A stretch of 59,694 nucleotides of DNA from an uncultured euryarchaeote. Lineage in GTDB: Archaea > Thermoplasmatota > Poseidoniia > Poseidoniales > Poseidoniaceae. Below are positions 24,110 through 32,347 of this stretch, piece after piece. The stretch spans positions 1 to 59,694 of the forward strand of contig CAXGZM010000001.1 of the NCBI GenBank assembly GCA_964014165.1, read 5' to 3'. The stretch's first letter is position 1. Each line of letters begins with the position of its first letter. A program made the translations under genes and the position numbers. The notes beneath the pieces are model-generated. The model saw nothing but the letters and a program-made list of their open reading frames with translations. It ran no database searches and was not told the origin of the DNA.

Positions 24110-26662
24110 ATGGGCGAGAAGCCGGCAGGCCGATTGTTGATGTTAGCGGGGTTGCTGTTGACCTCGTTGTTCATCGGCATGGTCTCGGCCGATGAGGGCG
24201 ACGTGGTCCTTGCAGCGAGCGTGGTGAACCCGCCCGACCATCCATGGTACGACCCCGCCCATCCGCTCATTCTTGAGCCCCGCTTGACCAACAATGGCCC
24301 CGACGTGTCCCTCTTGATGAATCCGGCGTGCCCCGTGGTCCTGAACGTCTACAACGCGAGTGATGTAATGGTGGTTGACGGCTCATCCGAATGTCCTCAA
24401 CGCGAACAGGGCCTCGATCTTTTTGCGGGTGAGCAGATCGCCCTTGAAGCCGTCTCATGGTCGATGAAAGACAACGCGGGTGGCTGGCTTGAGAGCGGAA
24501 CCTACACCGTTGAACTTCTCCATTCCGTCGGGGCATCGTTCGCCACGGAGGTGACGATCCAGACACCGTTTTCCCTTCCGCAGGAATTGACGTACGCCGT
24601 ACAGACCGCTCAGCGAGGCGATGACGGCCAACTTGTCCACCTCGTGAGTTTGTACAACCCCACGGCAGAAAGCGTCTCGCTTGCAGACATGACGGCATGC
24701 TGGCTCGAGATTTCGGTCAACGATGCTCACCGCCTGGGAGCACCCTGCACCGGTGGCGTGAGCAACTTGATGCCCGGCGAAGTCATGCTGGTGGACCAAG
24801 TCTCGGCTGCTTTGACATCCAAGGTCTCGATTTCAACGCCCGGTGATTCGTTTGTGTTCAACAGCGCCGAAGCGTCGGCGACCACCACGGCCTCGCCCAC
24901 GCTCGAGATGGAACTCGCACTCAGCGGCAACGAACTGCCCGCGTACAGCCCGAGCGAAGTGCTGGTCAGCGAAGTGCTGTTGCGCTCATCCTCTTCCGAA
25001 GCCGTCCAGGTGGAATTCACCGATTCGTGCAAGGCCGAACTTTGGGTGGTGGACGACCTTGGCCATGTGGTTTATGACAGCCGCTCGGGCAAAGTCTGCA
25101 CACCGATCGATCTCGAAGTCGTGGTTGAATCAGATGCCCCGGAACAACTCACGTTGCCACAATGGAATTTCTACGACAGCGAGGGGTGCATGGTTCAACC
25201 AGGGACCTACACCGTGGTTGCTGAAGTACCTGAACACGACCTGATCACCAGCAAGACCGTTGAATTCCTCTCGGTGGAAGCCAACCCGTGCACTTCGCCG
25301 GACGCCGCATCACTCACCGCATCGCTGACGTGGCAGGACGACCGCACCGTTCGCCTCAACGCCGAGGCCTTCACCAACCAAGCCGACCATCTTCGAATGG
25401 CCCAACCGTGCACCTTTGAAGTCGCTTTCCTCGACGAGGAAGACAACACCGTCCACCTCTTCCAAACCCTGTGCGATGCCTACGACGGCCGCAAAATCCT
25501 CCTGCCGGACGCATCCCAATCCCTCAAATTCGATGCGGTCGACATCAGCATGGTTCAGGACGGCTCACCGCTCCTCCCGGATGGCTTCTACACCCTCAGC
25601 CTCACGATGTTGTCAACCTCTTCCTCCACGACCACCCTCCCGTTGGCGTGGCCGGCTGATTTTGGCGAACAGGAAACGGATGAGGCGGTGGCAGAACCAC
25701 CCGAGACGTTCGAACTAACGGGCAGTTGGACCGGGTTGCTCACGGACGAGGGGACGTGTTACGTCATGGACTCGGACGGCGAGACTTACCTGTTGTCCAA
25801 CGCTCGTACGCTTCCATCGTGGCAACCGAGCGCCTTGAACCAAGGCGTCTACGTCGTTGTCGAAACCGTGCCTTCTCCCGCTTGCAGCGACTATCTGGCG
25901 CCATCGGTTGAAGTGGTCGAGGTCCGCATGGAACAACCCCTCGTCAGCGAAGAAACCGCAAGCGTTGAAGTCAACGAGGAGCCAACCACTGCTGTTGCTG
26001 AATCCAACACCGTCGTCACGGCCGTGAGCGTGGTCGTGACCGCCTCCGTCCTCTCGATGTTTGTCGTGGTCGCCGCCACCAACGAAGGATTGCGATTGCC
26101 GGCCACTGCTGCCGGCTTGTGGTTCCTCGGCCTCGTCGGCAAAACCCATGAAACCACGGACGGACGATACCAGCGCGGTCGACTGATGGGCTACCTCACG
26201 GCCAATCCGGGATGCCACTTCAGGGCCCTCATGAGCGCCCTTGACATGAGCAACGGGCAGATCACGCATCACCTTCGTATTCTTGAGGCTGAAGAACACG
26301 TCTGGCGAAAGGGCGACGGCCGCCTGGTCCGATTTTATCCACTCACCAACAAACTCAATCCCAACACCAGCGAAGAAGATCTTCCCGTTCCACCGCTTTC
26401 TCCTGACCCGAACAGCCTGCAAGGAAAGATCCTGAACTTGCTGGACCAAGGCGGGGATTTGGGGCAATTCCCTACGCAGGCCGAACTCGCAAAGCGCCTT
26501 GAAAAAAGTCAACAGTTGATCTCTCATCACCTGCGGACCTTGCAAAAATACGGGTTGGTCGAGCGTCGGAAGATGGGAGTCAAGAACCGCTACAAACTCA
26601 CTCGGGAAGCGGTCTTCCTGTTGGAGACGAGTGACGACTTTGCCCACGACGACCTCCTCTGA
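24110..26662 (+). CDS. membrane-tethered protein: signal/TM, four Cys-pair Ig-like (BsuPI-like) ectodomain repeats, 2 TM segments, two C-terminal ArsR-type wHTH domains
   Basis: N-terminal LLMLAGLLLTSLFIGMVSA. Repeated C-x(15-22)-C ... (S/P/D)G(T/F)YT(V/L) modules. TM VVTAVSVVVTASVLSMFVVVAAT. wHTH 1 is CHFRALMSALDMSNGQITHHLRILEAEEHVWRK. wHTH 2 is QAELAKRLEKSQQLISHHLRTLQKYGLVERR. Confidence 0.55.
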   Translation: MGEKPAGRLLMLAGLLLTSLFIGMVSADEGDVVLAASVVNPPDHPWYDPAHPLILEPRLTNNGPDVSLLMNPACPVVLNVYNASDVMVVDGSSECPQREQGLDLFAGEQIALEAVSWSMKDNAGGWLESGTYTVELLHSVGASFATEVTIQTPFSLPQELTYAVQTAQRGDDGQLVHLVSLYNPTAESVSLADMTACWLEISVNDAHRLGAPCTGGVSNLMPGEVMLVDQVSAALTSKVSISTPGDSFVFNSAEASATTTASPTLEMELALSGNELPAYSPSEVLVSEVLLRSSSSEAVQVEFTDSCKAELWVVDDLGHVVYDSRSGKVCTPIDLEVVVESDAPEQLTLPQWNFYDSEGCMVQPGTYTVVAEVPEHDLITSKTVEFLSVEANPCTSPDAASLTASLTWQDDRTVRLNAEAFTNQADHLRMAQPCTFEVAFLDEEDNTVHLFQTLCDAYDGRKILLPDASQSLKFDAVDISMVQDGSPLLPDGFYTLSLTMLSTSSSTTTLPLAWPADFGEQETDEAVAEPPETFELTGSWTGLLTDEGTCYVMDSDGETYLLSNARTLPSWQPSALNQGVYVVVETVPSPACSDYLAPSVEVVEVRMEQPLVSEETASVEVNEEPTTAVAESNTVVTAVSVVVTASVLSMFVVVAATNEGLRLPATAAGLWFLGLVGKTHETTDGRYQRGRLMGYLTANPGCHFRALMSALDMSNGQITHHLRILEAEEHVWRKGDGRLVRFYPLTNKLNPNTSEEDLPVPPLSPDPNSLQGKILNLLDQGGDLGQFPTQAELAKRLEKSQQLISHHLRTLQKYGLVERRKMGVKNRYKLTREAVFLLETSDDFAHDDLL
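24272..25624 (+). repeat. four divergent ~75-100-aa Ig-like modules (protein-level repeat)
   Basis: Each module has a Cys pair: C74/C95, C197/C213, C307/C330, C434/C455. Modules 1, 3 and 4 end in a G(T/F)YT(V/L) strand. Confidence 0.45.
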
Positions 26663-26749
26663 TGTTGGTGCCGTACCGGCTGAAGCGAGGCGTGGATTTC
26701 ATAGCGTGCTGCTCAGTGGCCACGGATGTCCAGTGGGCGGTGATTGAGC

Positions 26750-29575
26750 ATGTCAGCCGAAGCAGAACCTGTGGACGAAGTTGGGTGGCAGCAACAATGG
26801 GACGATGCCGGCCTGTTTCACGCTGACATTCACAGCGACCGCCCCAAGTTCTACTGCCTTGAGATGTACCCCTACCCGTCGGGAAAAATGCACATGGGAC
26901 ACGTCCGAAATTACTCCATTGGCGACGCTGTGGCCCGTTTCAAGCGTTTGATGGGGTATGATGTGCTCTACCCCATGGGCTTCGACTCCTTTGGTATGCC
27001 AGCAGAGAACGCTGCGATCTCCGAGGGCGGTCACCCTCACGACATCACGGAACGCAACATGGCTTCCATCACCCAACAGATCAAGCGGATGGGATTTTCC
27101 TATGACTGGCGTCGAACCCTCAAGAGTCACGACCCACGCTACTACAAATGGAATCAGTGGTTCTTCACGAAGTTCATGGAAATCGGCCTTGCGACGCGTG
27201 AATTCTCTCCGGTTAACTGGTGCACGTCCTGCAACACGGTGCTGGCCAATGAACAGGTGAAAGCTGGCCGATGCTGGCGTTGCAACGGCCCCGTGAGCCA
27301 GAAAGAGATGAACCAGTGGTTCCTTGATCTCCCTTCCTACGGCCAGGAACTTGAAGACGGCCTCGATACCATCGGTTTCCCCGAGCACGTCAAATCGCTC
27401 CAGCGCGACTGGTTGGGCCGGTCCGAGGGTGCGAACATCCGCTTTGGAATCGTTGATGATGACCGTGATATCGAAGTGTTCACCACTCGGCCTGACACGC
27501 TGTTTGGTTCAACGTTCGTCACCCTCGCTCCCGAACATCCTCTTGCGGAATCGTTGGTCGCTGGAGGCGAGCACGAGGCTGCCTGGAAAGCCCTGTACGA
27601 TGAGGTGGCGTCGATGGCAGAGTTTGATCGGATCAAGAACATGAACAAGAAGAAGGGCGTGTTTTCCGGACGCTACGCCATCCACCCCTTGACGGGTGAA
27701 CATGTCCCGATTTGGATCGGGAACTTTGTCATCGCTACCTACGGTACAGGGGCCGTCATGGCCGTGCCCGCCCATGACGAGCGGGACCACGACTTTGCCA
27801 AGCAATACGGCATTCCCATCAAGCGTGTCTTGGTGATGGAAGAAGGCGGCAACCCGGATGCACCGGTTGACAGCGCCGAAGTTGACCTTGGTTGGATGGT
27901 GAACAGCCCACTGGATGGTTTCGATGGCCTGCACGGCTCGGAGGCCAAGCAAGCCGTCTGCGATGCTCTCGAGAAGGTCGGACGCGGTTCGCAAACCATC
28001 AACTGGAAGATTCGGCCGTGGCTCATCTCCCGACAGCGGTACTGGGGGACGCCCATTCCCGTCATTCACTGCGACGATTGCGGCCCGGTCCCGGTTCCCG
28101 AAGAGGACCTCCCGGTGGAACTCCCACGGGACGTGGTGTTCGGTCAAGGCAACCCGCTGACGACGTCCGAGTCGTTCCTGAACGTGGACTGTCCCAGCTG
28201 CGGCAAACCTGCTCGCAGAGAGACCGACACCATGGACACGTTCATCGATTCCTCGTGGTACTTCCTCCGCTACACGGATGCGCTTAACGACGAGCAACCG
28301 TTTGAAAAGGCGATTGCCAACCACTGGATGAACGTTGATTTCTACTGCGGCGGCATCGAGCACGCTCAAATGCACCTCATCTACGCTCGATTCATGACCA
28401 AAGCGCTTCGCGATCTTGGTTTGGTGGACGTTGATGAACCGTTCAACGAGCTTCTCTGTCAGGGCATGGTCAACAAGGCTGCCCCGTTCTGTCAGCCTTG
28501 CGGCGTCACCCTCCCGACCGTCTACGAGGGGCAATCCTGCCCGCATTGTGATAGTGAACTTGGTTCACGCTCTGCGAAAATGAGCAAATCGCTGGGCAAC
28601 ACTGTCTCGCCCGAGGACATGATTGACCGCTACGGTGCCGATACCGTCCGCTTGTTCATTCTCTTTGCAGCAAACCCGACGGCCGGCATGGACTGGTCCG
28701 ATGCGGCGCTGGACGCCAATCACCGCGTCATGGTGCAAATGCGCAGCATGCCCGAGCAGTTGATGGCTTGGCCCGAGATTGCCTCACCGCTGGACGGTTG
28801 GTTGGAAGCCCGCTTCGCACAACGAGTGCACGAATTCTCCCAGGCCATGGACGCGTATGACCTGCGACGTGCGGTGGAAATCTCGCACTACGAGATCATC
28901 AAAGACATCAACTGGTACACGCGACGCGGCGGGCAAAACGTGGACGTTGCACGCCGTTGGCTTCCCACCTGGGCCCAGATGGTTTCCGTTTCAACGCCTC
29001 ACCTTGCTGAAGAATGGTGGGCGGCGATGGAAGGCACGAGCGGCCTTGTCGCAGGCAGCACCATGACGGTCCCCAACCAACTCTCCGACGACCAGCAAAC
29101 CTTGCTCGATGGCGAGCAATACATCCGTGACGTGTTGGAGCAGGCCCGAAAGGTTCGTGTCGTTGCCGAGCGCCATTTGGGTCAGCCAGCCAGCGAGGCT
29201 ACGTTCGTGGTCTCACCGTCATGGAAACGAACCATGGCTCAAGCAGCCTTGTCGTTCATTCAGGACGGCGGGCACCCGAAACAGTTCATTCCAATCCTGC
29301 AAGCGCTTCCAATGGCGCAGGGCGAGCGAAAAGGCGAGATGATCGGTTTCTGGGGCAAGAAAATGCTGCCACAGGTGTTCAAATGGGACGATGCCTCGAA
29401 GGGCGTGATCGCTTCAACGCTTGACGAGGTCGCTGTTCTTGCTGCAGCTCGAGCGTTCATCGCAGATGAACTTCAACTCGCCTCCGTTCACGTGGTGCTC
29501 GGTGAAGGTGATGATGACGACACCGGGCGTGCAGGCTCGGCCATGCCGCTTTCACCGGCGGTCGTTTACGCTTGA
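26750..29575 (+). CDS. leuS: leucyl-tRNA synthetase, bacterial-type
   Basis: YPYPSGKMHMGHVRNYSIGD (HIGH), RDWLGRSEG, TTRPDTLFG, GTGAVMAVPAHDERD, WLISRQRYWGTPIP and KMSKSLGN. Collinear with E. coli LeuRS as I remember it. ATG 26750; the track TTG is at 26744. Confidence 0.9.
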   Translation: MSAEAEPVDEVGWQQQWDDAGLFHADIHSDRPKFYCLEMYPYPSGKMHMGHVRNYSIGDAVARFKRLMGYDVLYPMGFDSFGMPAENAAISEGGHPHDITERNMASITQQIKRMGFSYDWRRTLKSHDPRYYKWNQWFFTKFMEIGLATREFSPVNWCTSCNTVLANEQVKAGRCWRCNGPVSQKEMNQWFLDLPSYGQELEDGLDTIGFPEHVKSLQRDWLGRSEGANIRFGIVDDDRDIEVFTTRPDTLFGSTFVTLAPEHPLAESLVAGGEHEAAWKALYDEVASMAEFDRIKNMNKKKGVFSGRYAIHPLTGEHVPIWIGNFVIATYGTGAVMAVPAHDERDHDFAKQYGIPIKRVLVMEEGGNPDAPVDSAEVDLGWMVNSPLDGFDGLHGSEAKQAVCDALEKVGRGSQTINWKIRPWLISRQRYWGTPIPVIHCDDCGPVPVPEEDLPVELPRDVVFGQGNPLTTSESFLNVDCPSCGKPARRETDTMDTFIDSSWYFLRYTDALNDEQPFEKAIANHWMNVDFYCGGIEHAQMHLIYARFMTKALRDLGLVDVDEPFNELLCQGMVNKAAPFCQPCGVTLPTVYEGQSCPHCDSELGSRSAKMSKSLGNTVSPEDMIDRYGADTVRLFILFAANPTAGMDWSDAALDANHRVMVQMRSMPEQLMAWPEIASPLDGWLEARFAQRVHEFSQAMDAYDLRRAVEISHYEIIKDINWYTRRGGQNVDVARRWLPTWAQMVSVSTPHLAEEWWAAMEGTSGLVAGSTMTVPNQLSDDQQTLLDGEQYIRDVLEQARKVRVVAERHLGQPASEATFVVSPSWKRTMAQAALSFIQDGGHPKQFIPILQALPMAQGERKGEMIGFWGKKMLPQVFKWDDASKGVIASTLDEVAVLAAARAFIADELQLASVHVVLGEGDDDDTGRAGSAMPLSPAVVYA

Positions 29576-32275
29576 TCACGCCTCTTCGTCCATGGATGGA
29601 CGTGGAGGTGGCATGTCGTTCATCATCGGGACCTTCGGCAGCGGAGGACCGGGCCGTTTCGCGTTGGTGTACACGGCGTAAACGATGACGGCGCCTGCAA
29701 GGAGGAAGATGACCGTCGAGGCGCTCAAGCCGTCATCGTCGGTTTCACCTGCGGGGTCGAGAACAGTCGCTTCGCAGCCTCGCTCGTCAACCACCGCATT
29801 CACCGGTGAGTTTCCACAGAAATCGTAAGCGTTCACGACGCCGTCGCTGTCATCGTCGAGCTGGTACTGACTGCAACCGTTGGAGGAAACGGTTTCCTCG
29901 CTGTTGGTGTTCGGGCAGCGGTCCAGTGGATCGAGCACACCGTCCTGATCGTCATCGTCGTCTTCAACGGCGTCAATGCAGCCGTCCCCGTCGTTGTCTT
30001 GTCCGGGTTGAGCGGGGCCGATCAAGCCTCGTGGGCAGCGGTCCATCGGGTCTTTGATACCGTCCTGATCGTCGTCGGCGTCTTCGAGGTCGTCATGGCA
30101 TCCATCGCCGTCGTTGTCCAACATGGAGGCGTTATCGCCCCAGTTTTTCTCTCCCATGGGGCAGGCATCGTTGATGTCCAACACCGAATCGTCGTCGTCG
30201 TCCTCATCCGTTGTTTCGTCGAGGCAACCGTCCCCGTCGTAATCGTTCCACGTGAAGGAGATCCACGATTGAATGTCGTTGGGACAATTGTCGTCGGGGA
30301 CAGCGATACCGTCGCCGTCTTTGTCAGCGTCGCAGGCATCCCCAATACCGTCGTTGTCAAGGTCGGCTTGAGTTGGGTTGGCCGCAGCGGGGCAATTGTC
30401 CGCCTGGTCAACGAAGCCGTCGTCGTCGTTGTCCTCATCGGAGCAACCGTCGGATTCGATGTCGTTCTCATCGGTTGAAACCCACCCAACGGGTCCCTTT
30501 GGACACACATCATATTCGTCAAAAATGCCGTCTTCGTCGTCGTCCAAGTCCTCGGTAATGTCTCGGCAACCGTCGCTGTCGTGGTCGGACAGCGCGTTGG
30601 CCGCCCAACCGACGTCACCCGTGGGGCAATCATCGTTCACGTCCAGCACCCCATCACCGTCCACGTCCTCGTCGCATGCATCGCCGTAGGCATCACCGTC
30701 GAGGTTGGCTTGGTCGTTGTTGGCGACACCGGGGCAGTTGTCGAGTCCGTCCAGCACTCCGTCGAGGTCAAGATCGGTTTCGTACAGCCACACGCCCATG
30801 TCGTACTGGTCTCGCTGGTCGAACGGATGGGCCCCGTAGGCTCCGTTCCCGTTGGAGATGAACGAAATGACAGGCGAGCCGGTAGCACTCATGCTGAGCG
30901 TGTCCGGGAGGTCATCACCTTGCCCGCCGGCAGCGATGGCCCAGTCCCACGTGCTGTTCGCTTGGCGTCGGCCGAGGAAGATGTCGTGATGGTTGCCATC
31001 GTTCAGTCCGTCGATGTCCGTGAGGGTGTAATCACCCAGCACCAACGTCCCCGTTGTTTTTCCAAGGATGAGCGAATCGCCCTGTTCGGTGAGGTGGATG
31101 GCAACGGCATGGTCGGCAGCCCCACCGCCAAAACCGGTGGCGTGCAACCATTCACCCTGCGACGAGACGTGGGCTTCGTAGAAATCAACCCAGACCGACG
31201 GAGCGAGTTCAATCTCCCCAAAGGTCATGTTTTGCAGGTAATCGCCCACGACGGCCACACCACCGTCGTAGCGACCGTCGCAATCGGCTGCCGTTGAGTC
31301 CCCTGTGCCGCCCGCACCGGTGGCCCATAACCAACCGCCCGAGTTGTATTTGGCGACCGCCACGTGTGCGGACCCTTCGCTGGTGAGCTCGTTTTCACCA
31401 AAACTTACGAGTTCAAGGAACGAGGTCGTGAAGTAGGTCTCTCCGTTGTAATCAGCGCACAGAGCGCCGTTGTTCTCGAGGTTCTGGCTGGAAAAAACCG
31501 TGTGCATGTGGCGGTGATTGCCCGTGCTGTCCATCACCAGAATCGCGATGGAGTCTTCGGAAAGGCTGCCGGGAGCGAGGTCGTCGCCGGCCGTCAAGGA
31601 GTCCCGATGGAGCAGCGCCAGGTGAACTTCATCGTTCGGGCCGACCATCATATCGATCACGGAAAGTTGGTACGGGTTGGAGAAACTTGTTGCCCACATC
31701 CACTCGCCCATCGATGTCATGCCTGCGACAAACACGGCGTTTTCGTGTTCATCAGCGGATTTGTTGATCGGTTCAAGTTCTCCAAGGGTCATGTTGCATG
31801 CATCGCCTTTCGTCATGTCGCAGTATGTTCCGGCGATGATGATGGTTCCGTCACTTAAGCGGTCCATGGCATTGATACCGTCGAGTCCGCTGCTGGTGCC
31901 CGCAACGGTTTCGGTCCACGTGCCGTTTTCATCGATCCAGGCGAGGAAAAAATCAATTCCAAAATTCGAATCTTCACTGGAAAAGCCGATGACGTCACCG
32001 TGGAATTCAACGGTCTGTTCAAACATTCCACCCACGAGCATGCTGCCGTTGGGTAACGGAACCATGCCGCGCACCCGCTCATAATTTGCACCTCCAGCAC
32101 TGGCCAACCAGCCGCTGGTGTTGTCGGCTGAGGAAAGACTGGGACTTGGGACGTTCAACAAGGGCTCGTCCACCTCCGTGCCGGTCAACGAGAGGGGTGC
32201 GAGCAGCATCATGCTCACGACCAAGAGAGGAAGGAGGGCGTTGAATCTCACACAACTTCCAGCCTGCCTTTGCAT
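29576..32275 (-). CDS. giant surface protein: signal peptide, beta-rich (propeller-like) domain, canonical TSP3 repeat array, C-terminal TM anchor and Pro-rich tail
   Basis: ATG 32275 gives the signal peptide MQRQAGSCVRFNALLPLLVVSMMLLAPLSLTG. Repeats of the type DNCPGVANNDQANLDGDAYGDACDEDVDGDGVLD. TM VIFLLAGAVIVYAVYT. Tail KRPGPPLPKVPMMNDMPPPRP. Confidence 0.65.
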   Translation of the reverse strand: MQRQAGSCVRFNALLPLLVVSMMLLAPLSLTGTEVDEPLLNVPSPSLSSADNTSGWLASAGGANYERVRGMVPLPNGSMLVGGMFEQTVEFHGDVIGFSSEDSNFGIDFFLAWIDENGTWTETVAGTSSGLDGINAMDRLSDGTIIIAGTYCDMTKGDACNMTLGELEPINKSADEHENAVFVAGMTSMGEWMWATSFSNPYQLSVIDMMVGPNDEVHLALLHRDSLTAGDDLAPGSLSEDSIAILVMDSTGNHRHMHTVFSSQNLENNGALCADYNGETYFTTSFLELVSFGENELTSEGSAHVAVAKYNSGGWLWATGAGGTGDSTAADCDGRYDGGVAVVGDYLQNMTFGEIELAPSVWVDFYEAHVSSQGEWLHATGFGGGAADHAVAIHLTEQGDSLILGKTTGTLVLGDYTLTDIDGLNDGNHHDIFLGRRQANSTWDWAIAAGGQGDDLPDTLSMSATGSPVISFISNGNGAYGAHPFDQRDQYDMGVWLYETDLDLDGVLDGLDNCPGVANNDQANLDGDAYGDACDEDVDGDGVLDVNDDCPTGDVGWAANALSDHDSDGCRDITEDLDDDEDGIFDEYDVCPKGPVGWVSTDENDIESDGCSDEDNDDDGFVDQADNCPAAANPTQADLDNDGIGDACDADKDGDGIAVPDDNCPNDIQSWISFTWNDYDGDGCLDETTDEDDDDDSVLDINDACPMGEKNWGDNASMLDNDGDGCHDDLEDADDDQDGIKDPMDRCPRGLIGPAQPGQDNDGDGCIDAVEDDDDDQDGVLDPLDRCPNTNSEETVSSNGCSQYQLDDDSDGVVNAYDFCGNSPVNAVVDERGCEATVLDPAGETDDDGLSASTVIFLLAGAVIVYAVYTNAKRPGPPLPKVPMMNDMPPPRPSMDEEA
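29773..30748 (-). repeat. canonical TSP3 repeat array (coding)
   Basis: Repeated D.D.DG..D..D.CP units, for example DSDGCRDITEDLDDDEDGIFDEYDVCP. Confidence 0.7.
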
Positions 32276-32347
32276 AAGAACCCCTCGTGCTGAGGACCGC
32301 TCGGGTAGGGGGGAGCCTTCATTGAGTGTCGCCGGAGAGGGGCGACC

